A program made the translations under genes and the position numbers. Below the pieces are notes generated by a model that had not been told where the DNA came from, searched no databases, and saw nothing but the letters and a program-made list of their open reading frames with translations. Shown one piece after another: positions 50,200-63,825 of a stretch of DNA of 64,000 nucleotides. Source of the DNA: Takakia lepidozioides (lineage: Eukaryota > Plantae > Bryophyta); NCBI GenBank assembly GCA_030704615.1, contig CM060732.1, forward strand, positions 5,332,001 through 5,396,000, given 5' to 3'. The stretch's first letter is position 1. Every line of letters starts with the position of its first letter.

Positions 50200-51592
50200 C
50201 ATTAGTCGGCGTTGACTTATCTTCGACTTCAAACACAAAAAATCAATTTGGGTTTAAGTTCATCAGAGAATGGGAGGAAAAAAAAAAACTATTAGTCGGC
50301 GCCGACTTATCTTCAACTATGAACACAAAATAACAGTTTGGATTTAAAGTCGGCACCAACTTTAACAATGGGAGGGAAAAAAACAAAAAACTATTAGTCG
50401 GCGCCGACTTATCTTCGATTATGAACACAAAAAATCAGTTTGGGTTTAAGGTCGGCACCGACTTTAACCAAGGGAGCGAAAAAAAAAAAAAAACAAAAAC
50501 AAAACAAAACAAACTATTAGTCGGCGCCAACTTATCCTCGATTTTGAACCCCAAAAATCAGCTTAGGTTTAAAGTCGGCACCGACTTTAACCAAAGGAGC
50601 CAAAAAAGAATTAATAAATTAATAAAAACTATTAGTTGGCGCCGACTTATCCTCGATTATGAACTGGAAAAATCAGCTTGGGTCTAAAGTCGGCACCAAC
50701 TTTTAAGCAAAGGAGCAAAGTAAAAAGTAAAAAGTAAAAAGTAAAAAACTATTAGTCGGCGCCGACTTATCCTCGATTATGAACACCAAAAACCAGCTTG
50801 GGTTTAAAGTCGGCACTGACTTTAACGATGGGAACTTTATACCCGTGAGCATGAGCAAAGTTAAAAACAACATTATTTGGATGAAATATAGTATTTGCTC
50901 TAGAATCTTGATTTAGTCGACGCAGACTTATAGGTTTTTTTGTTTTTTTGTTTTTTTTATTAAAAAAAAAACTGATTTTTTGTGTTCAAACTTGAATAAG
51001 TCGGCGCTAATTTATAGTTTGTTTGTTTGTTTTTTTTTTTTTTCGATTTTTTTCCTCCCATCGTTAAAGTCGGTGCTGACTTTAAACCTACACTGATTTT
51101 TTGTGTTCATAGTCGAAGATAAGTCGGCGCCGACTTATAGTTTTTTCTTTTTCTTTTTTCTTTTTTTTCTCTCATCGTTAAAGTCGGCAGTCGGTGCCGA
51201 CTTTAAACACACATTGATTTTTAATGTTCATAGTCGAAGATAAGTCGGTGCCAATTTTATTTATTTTTTGTGTTTTTCTCCCATCGTTTAAGTCGGTGCC
51301 GACTTTAAACCCACACTGATTTTTTCTGTTCCTAGTTGAAGATAAGTCGGCGCCGACTTATAGGTTTTTCTCTTTCTTTCTTTCTTTCTTTCCCTCCCTT
51401 TGATAAACTTTAACCCAAACTGATTTGTATATTCCTAGTCGAAGATAAGTCGGCACAGACTTCTAATTTATTTAGTTTAATATTTTGTTTTTGCTTCTGA
51501 TGAACTTTAACCCAAATTGATTTTTTGTGTTCATAATCGGAGATAAGTCTGATACCCATACCAGACCAACATTGGTCGGCACCGACTTATAA
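50200..51592. repeat. Array of (T/A)AGTCG-GC(G/A)C-CGACTT palindromes; left half direct, right half inverted
   Basis: About 20 palindromes, two per unit of about 120 bp. 50200-50830 and 50915-51590 are in opposite orientation. Confidence 0.9.
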
Positions 51593-51952
51593 TTTGCTTA
51601 TTTCAATAAGTCTAAGATTAATATTGTGTCCACTATCAGCTATATAGTTGGTTCTGAGTCTAGAATTGAAGCGACAAACTTGCATTTCTGGTAGTATCCT
51701 CAATCAGTCTGCTGGTCCACAACTCGTAATAGAACTAGGTATGCTTTTTATTTGTGTAAGTCAAATACATTGCCTCCATAGGCCACTGATCTACGTCATC
51801 ATGGACACTGTGCTTCTCTGTCTGGCCTATCTATATGGTCTCAGATCCGACGCCGACAGAGAGGGCATGACCCATTGAGCTGCACCCATGCGTCAAAGTA
51901 TGGAGTGTGGAATGAATGGAGCACTCACTCAATATGCATACGGACTCTCCAG

Positions 51953-52387
51953 CTACTGGTGTCTCCAGGCAAATTGTGCATGGTTCCAATGCCTTGTTTC
52001 CACCGGCACAACAGACTCTGGAGCCGACTCGTCAACGATGTCATCTTCATTAACCTCCATCTCCTCATCGTCACCTCCTTCCTCATCCTCCATCCCCACG
52101 TTTTCATCAGCGTCTGACTCCTCTGAATCAGTGCTGCATTCCTCTTCAGCTGGAGCGTTCTCATTTTGCGACTGCATAAACAAAGCCTCATATTCCTGCC
52201 TGACAACGCACTCGGCGATATCGTCGAGATAAGGAGTCCACCACGATTTGGAAGCAGGCCTGTCCTCCCCGTTGCCCTCCACAACACAGCTACTGCTGCT
52301 TGCATCCACATTGGCAGCAGGCCTGTCCTCCCCGTCGCCCTCCATAGCACGGCTGCTGCCGCCTGCATCCACATTGGTAGCGTCCAT
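51953..52387 (-). pseudogene. Acidic low-complexity N-terminal exon of an unidentified, probably transposon-associated gene
   Basis: 144-aa ORF with an internal 63-bp duplication and a D/E-rich tract; lies just upstream (on the minus strand) of the 50200-51592 array. Confidence 0.35.
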
Positions 52388-52859
52388 CTTAGCTAAACAG
52401 ACAAAATGACTAACAATAAACTTGATTTTGAGCTGCCAACACTGTGCCTATAATCGTTGCAGACTTCCCTTAACCAGCCAACACATAATCAACGCTGTGA
52501 ATGACAGAACCTAGCTGGCCCAAAACACCAGGAATCGCTGTCTTTCGGATCTTACTTGTGCTCAAAAAAAAATTTATTTATTTATTACAAACGGTCTTAT
52601 TCTCGCGGCCTTATTCTCCTCTTATGCCTGTAATCGTTGCCGACTATGCAGGTTCGGCAACTGCCGAACCTGCTTTTTCCGAACCGAGGGCAAACTTCCA
52701 GGCCACATTTTGATGCAGCACCTCACACTTTTTGACATGAAAAACAATCAAAATTAGGTCAGGAAGGGCTAAATTCCAAGAATATTCCCTAAAAATTGCT
52801 CTGCTCATGCTTATATGTGCTCATGCTCATGCTCACCACTCATGCAAAGTACACACCCT

Positions 52860-55800
52860 GTCTGCGATTGCGCTTGCCGCCAACAAAATATTTCTTGTCA
52901 AGCACATCCTGGCTGGGGATGAGCAGTCTTGTGTGAAACTAGAGGGGAGTTCGCTTGAAGAAGTGATGGACCACTTCTCCATTCTTAGCTCTCCAAATAT
53001 CCAGAACCAGGTGAATGCGTTGAGACTGGGTCCGGGTAACAGAGGTTGAATGGACAACATTCTCGACCTGAAACGTCGGTACGACTTCATTCAGGATAGT
53101 GTGTTCCCAGGACAAGGATCGAGCAAAGTGTACTTGTTCAAAATGTCTACAGTTGGTCAGGGGAGCGGCGTCACCATTGTCGAGCGCATGCAGTCTGGTG
53201 GAGATTTGGCGAAGGCGTGGTTGATGTTTGACCACTACAAACGAGTAAAGAATTGGATGACCATGGCATGCCATGTCTACGATCCACTTTATCAACGCCT
53301 CATGTCCATTGCCATATGCGACATGCAGTCTGAGGACACGGAGTCTCAAATGATAATGTGGAACTGCTTGAAATCTGTCATGAGAGCCAATGGTGTTGCG
53401 GACACAAATTTCGCAGGGTTCATGGCTGATAGCGCGCAGGCAAACTGGAATGCGGTTAGACGAGTTTTCGGTTCGGGGGATCCAAAGGTGCCTATGGCCA
53501 ACAGGGAGCGGACTTGCCTTTTCCACTGGACGCAATCTTTGGAGAAGCACACAAAGAGGTGCATACAACCTGATCTGCATGCGGAGCATAGGAAGCTCTG
53601 TAATCTGTACAAGAACGCCAAAACTCTTGCTGAGGTTGATAGCAGGTACGTGGCGATCAGGGCTTGGTTGGTGTCATCTGGGGCTGCAAGTGAAGACTTC
53701 CAGAAAGAATTGGATGACTGGATTGTCTTTTGGCATTTCCCCTACAGACAATGGGGAGCTTTCATGACAACGGTGAGCTCTCTTCAACCACATTGAACGA
53801 TTGTTGTTGTTGCAACTCTTCGCCTTCTGCTTCTATGTAGCAGTTCCACTACCATACATTCATTGTTTGGTGCTATTTTGCAGGACATGTCCCTTGAAGA
53901 TATGGTGGACATGCCAACCTGCTATTTGACGGAATCGGTGCACAGTGTCTGGAAGGCGCAGTCCGGAAAATCAGGTAGGGATTTGTATGCTGCCACAACT
54001 GACGATATGGTTCAATCACTTTGCCAACAAACCAAACCAGATATCAAGATGTTCTAAGGGGACGGGCAGGAGGGAAAGGCCCAGATACCACTGAATTGAT
54101 GCTGAGGGCTGCCTAGAGATCGGATGATCTGAGTAAGATGGCACAGACACTCAACAAGTGCACAATGGGGTCTCCACTGCAATCAAGGGTTCCTCACTTG
54201 GAAAGGGAGGAGAGGTTTGGAACATGTAAACGCAAACTTGACACCCCTCCAGGTGCAGATGGGGATTCCCATCGCCACGACAAAATGAATTTCTCCGTGC
54301 CCCGGGTGTGTCCAATGCAGGGAGGTTCAAGCGGTGAGACATTTGGTGCAGCGTCTTCTTCATTGGAACCCTCCCAATCGCCTGCCACCTTGCCGGTTCC
54401 AAGTGGTTCCTCGGACGTGGTTGCGCCTGTGCAGGAGACTGACTGTGATGATAACGACTGGCACATCGAGCGTACTCCGAGCGGTTCGAAGGTGAAATGT
54501 ACTGCAATCCGGGCAAAGACTTTTGCAAAATGCAAAATCCAAATCAGCAAAGGCTCTCGTGGAACTCCTGCTCAGATTTGATTATACCTTATATGACAAA
54601 AGAGTCCAAAGTTCATAAATTTTGGTTCTGCCCCGATGATATTGAGATCTGTGTGAAGGGAACCGTGCGGGAGTCCGTGGTAATAAAGCCGCCCCCACCA
54701 ACTGTCTGGCCAGTGAAGACGGGAACCTCCCTCTCAACACTGGAGATTGCCATGTTGGAGGACCACGGATTCCGACTGACACGCTGTCGGGTGATTGCAA
54801 ACTAGAGTGTTGAGTACATAAAGAGTACATAAAGGAGGATGTGGCGAATCCTCAACCATCGGATTTGCTTCAACTGACAATCTTGACCGTCTATTATTGA
54901 CTGTGAAAACCAAGATTTTCAAATTGAGATAACATCAATTCACAAATGTTTATTTGAAATTTGATCATAATCAACTCTGCATTTATGGTGAATGAATGCG
55001 TCTAATGAAAAAAGTTTTGTTATTTCAAAAGAATTTAGTCATAAAGGACTTTATGAAAATAGCTATTTTTGAGGCTCAATATAGTACATAATTTTTTTTA
55101 ACTTCATATTTTTGAATGATAGTTTTCATTCCAGATTCCTCATTCTCCAAAGCAAGGTTGAGAGAGTCCATTTTCTTGACTTTGTTCTAACTCCTATATT
55201 AAAAAAGTCCATAACGTCTTTTTTTATGGATTGTGACAATTCCTTATGGACTTTTTAAAAGTCCATAGCATCTAGAGATTCTGGTTTTTGATAATGAGAT
55301 TTAAAAGTGTGAAAGTATATGTAGATGAGCCTCTATATATTAGCCCCTTTTTATTGATGGCATTGTCATGTAGGAGTATGATAATTTACCACTATTCGAT
55401 GTCTGGAAAAAATAGTGGTGTGACAGCAAAAAATGGACACTGTAGGCTGCAATCACCCTGTCCAATTCTACTTGCAACTGGCCCTGCATTCACTTTCACT
55501 TCGTTTGTAGGGGTCCTGCCTTTGGATGATTCTTACCCCACCAAAAGGAATGGGAAGACTGTGCGGCGTGTGCAGTCAGGTGCGGAACACGACTGTAAGG
55601 TTGAGTCAGCAAGAATCTTGCAGGTAAGGGTGACATCTACCATGGAAGTCCCCCCCCCCCCCCCTTGGATTTGGTCGTGTCTACACAATGGTCACTTCGG
55701 GCTCACTTCTTCAGGGGCATATCAGGTTACGATCTGCCCGGAATGCATTTGTCCGGATTTTATTTTCATGCGTGAGGGCAGCCTGGGAAGGAAGGGGAAG

Positions 55801-55878
55801 TGGGTTCTCTGCAAGCACCTGTACTACATTTTTGTGCGCAGGATGTGTTGAGACCCAAAAGAGACCAATGCATTCACT
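52860..55878 (+). pseudogene. MULE transposase copy 5 (5'-truncated; intron at about 53773-53883; MITE insertion)
   Basis: LMFDHYKRVKNWMTMACHVYD; FMADSAQANW; RTCLFHW; PTCYLTESVH; SWIM CICPDF...CKHLYY. Confidence 0.9.
54789..55458. mobile_element. 670-bp MITE with a 22-bp TIR and a 4-bp TSD (possibly Sola2-like)
   Basis: TIR GGGTGATTGCAAACTAGAGTGT vs GGGTGATTGCAGCCTACAGTGT; TGTC on both flanks; AT-rich interior; interrupts the transposase frame. Confidence 0.85.
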
Positions 55879-55879
55879 A

Positions 55880-56480
55880 GGCCCTAGGCTCATGCTTACC
55901 AAGCGTGAGCCTAGGCTCACGCTTACTGTGAGCCCAGCTCCCAGGCTCATGGGGCTGGGCTCATGACCTAGCTGCCCTCGTTGCTAAATTGTCGTATCAC
56001 ATCTTCTTTAGCATGGTACGTGGCGATGTCAATGTCACTCACATTGTTCCAATTGAACTTCTTCTGCAAGGTGGTCTTCAGGGACCTTCTGTCTGGAAGC
56101 TTCCCAAACCAGCACAATCGTTGTTAACCTCGAGCCTAGCCTGGCTAGAATAGAGGCATGACAATGTCACAAAACACATTTCATTACAAACAATCGCACC
56201 ATCCTAATAATCCAGGATGCCATTACCAAGGCATGCTTTGTTGCAACGACGCAATGGCGTGAGCGTTGCACGTGAGCGCGCGAGCGTACGCTCACGCAGG
56301 AGTGACGTGGCGTGAGCGTACGCTCACGCCAGCTGACGTGGCGTGAGCCTGCACACACGCTGACGTGGCGTGAGCGTCATGTCAGCATGCTGATGTGGCG
56401 GTAAATGATGACGTGGCACTGTCCGTCAACTGCCACGTCAGCATTAACATGCGCCGCCTATAACCGTGGATGGTCCTATG
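55880..56480. repeat. Subterminal repeat zone (GTGAGC/GCTCAC and TGACGTGG motifs), probable 3' end of the MULE carrying copy 6
   Basis: Dense cgtgagc/gctcacg and gacgtggc repeats; transposase copy 5 homology stops at about 55878. Confidence 0.55.
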
Positions 56481-56893
56481 ACCGTGGAATTAATGCAGGG
56501 AATCTTGCCTAAATAGAATCAAGACGAGCGTTGAGGCCTACAATTGCAACACCCAACATTGTGCAATTACAAATGCTTGTTTCACTTTTACAATTACGAA
56601 GACGACAAAATATCCTCGCAAAGTGTGCGCCATAAAGGCTGCCACGAGAAGACTTCCTCCCTCCTCAAATAACAATGAGAGTAATGATCATCTTCAAAAG
56701 ATGATTGTAGTGCATAGCGACAGCAAGACATGTAGACTTCGAACGGTGCAATGACAAATGTGCACTACCTAAAAGTTGTCACTCAGAGCTCACTCCGTAT
56801 AGTTGGAGGCCATATCATTGCACAGCCGACGAATTGATGTGAATTACACATTTCAAATCATGGTCATCCACATACCACATTACATAGTTCATG

Positions 56894-59800
56894 CTACCCA
56901 TATGTTGTATCCCGCTGCAAAAGAGTATCGACCTCGTTGAAACTCATAGTGGCCTGGTGAATGAAGTTGTCACGTTTGGGATCGCAAACCATCCTCCTCA
57001 AAAATATGAAATACAAATGTTTGCAGGGTATGAATTTACCTCTCTTGCCCAAACTGGTTGATAGCATATTCACAAAATCAGGACATGTGCAATTGGGGAA
57101 ATTGGAAACCGTGACGTCGTAGGTCCTGTCATGAACAGCAGATGTGGAAGTGATGATTGTGAATACCCGACCATATCCTGGATCGGGTACTTCCGTGGTG
57201 CTTCCGACACGAGCTTGGAGCATTCTTGCGGACTCCACTTTGCCAAAGTGTTCAGCGGTTGGAGGGAAACGCCGAACGAGCTTTCCATCTCGTTTGGTTG
57301 GCCACAAGTCAGGATTTGCCGGGGGGACCCGGGAGGACGCAGAAGTAGTAGCACATGCATGGAGTTGGGGTTGTCTCGCAAGGGAAAAACCTGCCTCCTC
57401 CAGCATTTCAATCTCCTGAAAGCTGAGATGTGTTCCCACCTTCACGGGCCAAACGGTTGGAGGAGATGGCTTCATCACTACGGAAGGACGCACAGTTCCA
57501 TGCACACATCTGGCACAATCATCTGCGCAGAACCAGAACTTGTGGTTCTTGGCTTCTGGTTGATCGTATGGACGCATCAAGCCCGTGAAAGTCGGAGCAG
57601 GAGTTCGGGCACCACCTCTGGATATAGATGAAGTGCACTTCTCGAAATTAGTTGCCCTGATCGCTGTACATTTCACACGAGACCCGACACTTGTGCGTTC
57701 TATGTGCCAAACGTGGTCGGGGCATGCGGACTCAAGCACATCAAGGGGGTTGTTTCTCTCCTGCACCATTTCAGTGGCACGGTTTGATGCTGGAGCTTGC
57801 CGTCGTGTTGGAGGTTCCTCCACAATGGAGGTTCCGGACATGGAGCTGTCATGCAGGGGAACACGAGGCTTCGAGAAGTTATCACGGTCTGCCCTGTGGG
57901 AATCTGAATCCGAACCAGGTGGAGTGTTCAATTTCCTCTTACAGGAGCCGAATCTCTCCTCCCCTTCAAGATGTGGAACTCTAGAAACAAGTGGCGTTCC
58001 CTGGGCATACATGCTCACCGCCCGTGCTATCTTGATTGGATCCCCAGATCTGTTTGCAGCACGCAACATCAACTCCCATTTGTCCGGACCCTTGCCACCA
58101 ACCCCACCTCGTAAGAAATCACGGTATCGGGTTTGTTGTTGCAAGGCACGTATCAAATCATCTGTTGTTGCCACATACAAATCCCGACCTCGTTTCCCAG
58201 ACTGCTGCAACCATGCATTGTGCACAGTTTCTGCCAAATTGCAAGATGGCATGTCCGCCATTTCCTCAATGGACATGTTCTGCAAAGAGGATAACCACAC
58301 TTCAGAACAGTGCACAGGAAACAACATAAAGAAAGCAATGAGTCAAAAATATGGAAAGCAAATGTATGAATAAAGCATGAAATAGAAGCCTCGTACCATT
58401 GTCATGGCTGCTCCCCACTGTCTATACCGGAAGTGCCAAAACGCCAGCCAATCTTCCAATGCTCTCATACTCTCAAGTGATGCAGCTCCAGAAGAGAACC
58501 ACCAGGCACGAATTGTCTGGAACAAAGTGTCCGCCTCCTTCATTGTTCTAGCATCTTTGTACTCTTTGCACAATTTACGGTGCTGAGTCTGCATCTCTGG
58601 TTTGATGTCCGACTTTGTATGTTTTTCCAGAGATTGTGTCCAATGGAATAGACATGTACGCTCTCTTCCTGGCATAGGCACTTTTGGGTCGCCCGATCCG
58701 AAGACAATACGAACAGCATTGAAATTTGCTTGAGCACTATCCGCCATGAAACCTGCGAAATTTGGAGATGGCAGCCCATGGCAGCCCATGACACGTATCA
58801 GGGAATTCCACATGAGCTTCTGGGATTCCGTATCCTCGGATTGCATGTCACAAACTGCAATTGTCATAACTCGTTGGTACACTGGATCGTAGACATGACA
58901 AGCCATTGTCGTCCAATCCTTCACTCGTTTCACATGATCAAACATAAGAAAACAGTTCTGCAAGTCCCCAGTCTTCTGCATCCGCTTCACGAGGCTAACC
59001 CCACTGCCCTCCCCAACAGTCGACATTTTGAAAAGAAAAACTTTGATGGCACCTTGACCTGGGAATACATTGTCCTGGATGTAATCGTACTTGCTCACTC
59101 GTTTCAATTCCAAAATATTGTCTATGTAGCCTCTGATCCCAGAGCCCATTCTCAATGCATTGATCTGATGCCGAATGTTAGGTGAACTTAAAGTGGAGAA
59201 ATGATCCATGACCACGTCCAATGCTGCACCGTCAAGTTTAGTCCCCACAGAATCTCCTTCACTCAAAATATGGCTTTCCAAGAAGGACTTGCTTGCGCCA
59301 AGAGCAATTGCAGATGTTGTTGCGGATGGGTTTCTCCCGAACTCCTGTTTGATCAACCTCGATACTGTCTCAACACTCTCCCTGTAATCCCCCTTCGAGA
59401 CAGGATGGTTATGGAATCCAAAATGCACACAAGCTCTTGTCATTGTATTCAAACGGTGGACAACATAGTACATTCTTGCTCCGCAGAGCGCCAAACAGGA
59501 TGGCACAAGTTTGCAGAATTTGCAGACGAAAGTGTTTGCCGGTGGAGGGGCAGTCCCAGGCTGAAATGGATTTTCCGCCAGACCCTCCCATTCGCTTTGA
59601 TTATGAACCCCAGACTGAAAAAGTGTCTGCAATTCAAATTATCACACCTAAGGTGTCCATTGCAAACTGTCCTCCTGAAAACAAGCTTGTCATCATTCTG
59701 AATATTGGATGTTTTTGTTCTGCACCACGGGTGCCCGTCGTGTTTCTTGTCCATTCCATGCATCATGATTGTTACACCTCCAACTCGCGGAGGAGGAGGC

Positions 59801-60408
59801 AGCTCGAATAGGATATCGCCATCAAAAGTCTCCGGCAAGAACTTCACAGGCACCTGCTTCAAAGATTCCCAATCAATTCCCCGCAACTCACTTTTGAATC
59901 CAGCCATTCCTCCCATCGCCCGCAATTTTGGAATGACACTACAAATCTCTTCTTCATCAGCTTCTGCAACCACAGTAGGAAGGACTGGATTTGGAATTTC
60001 ACTTATGTCATCATCGGAAGAATCCGAAAGCTCAACGATTGGAGTGGAGGAAGTCTGTTCTTTTTTCACCACCACCTCCCTCTTGTCTTCAACGACTGAA
60101 GCAGCAGTCCCGGGCGTCACATATGACCCAAGGGACTTTCGCCGAGGCTCTCCAAGTACTCTGTATCGACCAGGACGCACTCTCCACTGGCTGATATGAG
60201 CCGTCTCATCACGGTTTTGGAAAGAATATTTCACCAACTTCCCTTTCAGATCGTAAACCTCTTTCTCCAAAAAGATGGAGCCATTCTGCAGCTGAAAACG
60301 GGTAGCCAAGACATGTTCCAGAACAATTGCAAATCCATTGTCAAGGACTTCCTGGGAGAACGGCACTGGTTTGTCGTCTGAGAAGAACTCCGCTTCAGAG
60401 GAAGCCAT
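56894..60408 (-). pseudogene. MULE transposase copy 6, near-intact (one frameshift at about 59630; intron 58280-58396)
   Basis: Full architecture: N-terminal domain, GMDKKHDGHPWC...HFGFHNHP, LMFDHVKR, FMADSAQA, CLFHW, PSCNLAETVH, Cys-rich WHIERT...FWFC module, SWIM CTCPDF...CKHL. Confidence 0.93.
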
Positions 60409-61258
60409 CTTCCTTCCTCGAGTATGTTTGTACCTTGCTATCGCAGATCTAGTGTAAATCGGTTTACTGCTGTCTCCATAACACAGTTGAAGAATGAGCA
60501 GAGAATATGGGCGGAGGAACTCAGATAACGACTGTGCATATTATGTTATTCTTTCCAGATATGCAGCCGTCCATTTTAATTACTTTTCTTGTGGGCCCAG
60601 TGGTCAGAGTATCCCTAGGGCAGTGTCGGCAACTGTTAAACCGTTAATCAGAACCTCATCAATAAACCCAATAACAAAGCCGACTTCCTGGAAGCATGCC
60701 ACAGGATCTGAGAATGGGATTGCAGATTAAGTAAATGTATCTATATACTACTACCAATGATCATGCGCACCTGGAAAGTTCCAAATGTGAACGAATGTGG
60801 GGTTTGGCTAACAAGGATGACCGTGTATGATATTCCAAAATTTGTCATCAAACTCTCGTTCATTTATATTTATTTGTTTAAGACTGCGCATCAATTTCTG
60901 GGATTCGCTGTTATTTTTAAATATTGAACCGTTCTAATAAAGAACACGCCGTTTTTTTTGGGCGGCACACGTCAGACATCCATAACTGAATACGAACAGC
61001 TGTACACCAATTGCTGGCATGTGCACTAATAAGGAAACGACTATGTGTAACGGTCACGCGGGAGGGAATCCGATGCTTCTAGAGACACGCAAGAACGCAG
61101 GCAATCCCGCAAGAAATCGGGAGTCACTGCGTTTTTCTACTTTTCGCGCTTAGAGGGAGAGTGGTAGTCAAGCTGGAGAGGGTTCCTTCTAGAATACGAA
61201 AGAGAAGAAAGTCTCTTTATTTTACTTCCCTTAGAGAGAGACGCAGAGCAAGAGAAAA

Positions 61259-63744
61259 ATGACGAGGCGTCGTTTGTTGGAGAACACAGGGCCAAGGCAG
61301 CAGGTGAACGCGGAGACTGATTCACAAGAGCAGACGGAGACTGAGGCAGCGGCTGCGACACAGTCGGCGATAAGAGTGCGCCAGCCTGTGGAGGCAGAGA
61401 TGATTCGCAGGGACACTGAAGAAGGTGGAAGCACGCGGAACGCCGAACCTGGAGAAGGTCAAGAAACCCTTGCGCAGACAGAAACTCCAGCAGATGTGAG
61501 AGGGAAGAGGAAAGCTGCAGAAGGGGATCAAATTTCAAAACCTAAGAAGGTGCCAGTAAGTTTTATCATATAGTCTGTCTGATTGCCTTTCAAGGAGTCC
61601 TTCCTCTTCCTTCTTTAGCAGGAACTACTGAATTGCGAGCGTCGTTAACGCCATTCGATTCTCCTCATGAGATTTATGTACCTATGTGTTTGAAGAGAGA
61701 GTCTGCACTTACTATTCTCCCTAAACTACACTGAATGTCGTTGCCGCCAATCAGTTGCACATGTATGTCATTACACAACACCGATCCGGCAGGTCGTTAT
61801 CTTTTGTGATTGTCGTTAACGCCGTTCGCTATCGCTCTCGCTTTTGTTTTGAATACGGCAGTCTCAGCTTTGCATGTGTAGATTGTGCTGAATTCTTTCA
61901 CACCATTCATGGTGAGTTTCCTTGATACAGAGTGATGGTCGTTACCGCCATTCACTATTTGCAAATCACTCAGTCAGAACTGAATGGCATCGTGCAGAAA
62001 ACTGTGAGGTCGAAGCCTACAGGATCAGAGGGGAAAGGATCTGGAGATGGGGACGAGTCCGCAAAAAGCTCAGAGAATACAGATGAAGCAGATGAATCCG
62101 AAGTGCACTACCTTGACAAGGTGAAAGAACTCATGTCATTCCAGAAGGTAAACTCTCAGGAGGTTATAAGGGACATGCTCGTATCTGGAGGGCGTCTGGA
62201 CATACCTCTGTGCCGGATGATATCAATGCCTGTTGTGCGTCCACCTCTTTCCCATGACATAACAAAATTGGAGAGTGATTTTGTGCATGGATATAGACTT
62301 GGTGCACAAGTTTTTTATGTGTGTCACTGACGGATATAAATGGGAAAAGCACATTAGTGTCTCCAGAGATCAGTGATAACTGGGATGAGTGCTGGAAAGA
62401 TGCCAATGAGGAGTTCGAGCTGGGCCTCATGATGGGAAAGAACACCCAGCAATTCTGCAACCACATGTTCTACGTCTGGGACGGCAACCACCGATTGCTG
62501 GCATGGATGGGATACATTCAGAAACACCATTCGAAAGACAAAGACAAGCATGTTGCTGTGGAGGCAATGGTTTTGGATCCAGGAAACGACATCGCTAGGC
62601 TTCTTACAGCTATGCACGACGTGAACAAGTAAGTCATCCAGGAGATTTCATTCCCTCTGTAGTGTCTTGTTAATCCTCAAAAAACAGTGTTAAGGAATGC
62701 AATGTTTCCAATGTTTTTGCAGATCGACAGAGAAATCGCATGTGACAACAAGCTTGGTTCACACACTATTCCGAATTCAGAGGATTGGTCTGATGAAGCT
62801 GGATGATTTTCGGACAGTACTACCACCCAATATCATCAAGAAGTGCGAAACAGGAAGAGCTGCAGGCACTTGGTATTCTTTGACACGAGAGGCGTTTCTG
62901 GAGTACATGTATGCGGTAAGCCCGAGTCTGTAATCTGTTTACTTTTCGAATACATGTTTGTAGTCCCTTCGGAGCTAATCACTACTTGAATGAATGCAGC
63001 AAGAACTGGCAGAGGCAGCTGAGAAGGGAAAATCCGAATATTACCGCACTACACCAGAAGAACTAAGGACATCAAAGGGTGTGGAAGCTGCAATAAAGAA
63101 GGAGTTTGAAATGCGAAGAACCAAATTGATGTCAGCCTTCGGAAAGCAGCTTAGAATAGTAGATCCTGGACTTGGTCCTGAGTTCCTTCAGCAGATCAAA
63201 ACACACTATGACAAGCATGTGCATCCGGAGATGCAGCAGGAGAAATTGCACCGGCTGGCCATATCGATGGTCGACCCACAAACAAAAATAAGGTGGCTGG
63301 AGATATGGAACTCAGATCAAACAGTAAAGGACTTGAATCAGTTCCCAAAGAGCACCATACAGCCTGGCACAAAGGTGGAAGGAATCAGTGATTTGGTGTT
63401 TGATAACTGGCTCCACAAGGCTACATTTTGGAGTCAGGTGTGTATTCGAACATGCTGTTTCTTCTCTTCAAGTATGTGATGTGTATCTTTTTTGCAATTC
63501 TGACAAATATACTATTTGCAGCTCGAAAAGCGCGCCGTCATTGTGCTGGATCAGACTTTGAAGGACCTGAACATTGCGATTGTTTCCCCTCCCCAAATGT
63601 CATTGGAGGCATACATAAGGAAGTGGAGAGGTCTCACCTGGAGATACTGTTTTGGGAGTTCTCCAAAGATGGTAACATTTTACGGTCCAACGACTTTGAC
63701 AGTCAGGTTGGAGGAGAGTGGGCCATGATGCGAGTTGTGTACAG
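61259..63744 (+). pseudogene. ParB/Srx-like accessory gene copy 4, multi-exon (approx. 61259-61555, 61973-62628, 62723-62915, 63000-63437, 63522-63744); continues past the window
   Basis: RLDIPLCRMISMPVVRPPLSHDITKLESDFVHGY; HMFYVWDGNHRLLAW (62480-62494); GT-AG introns; frameshifts near 62320 and 63720; divergent from transposase copy 6 (850 bp). Confidence 0.82.
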
Positions 63745-63825
63745 GTGCAATGTCATACTTGAAACTCTACTGTTTTTTTTGGGAAAAAATGTGGCTTCAT
63801 ATGGATTGCAATCTTAGATCCAGAT

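Noticed and set aside
56290-56440. G-box/ABRE-like ACGTGG clusters as a host regulatory element
   Set aside because: They lie in transposon subterminal repeats with no host gene nearby; function unsupported.
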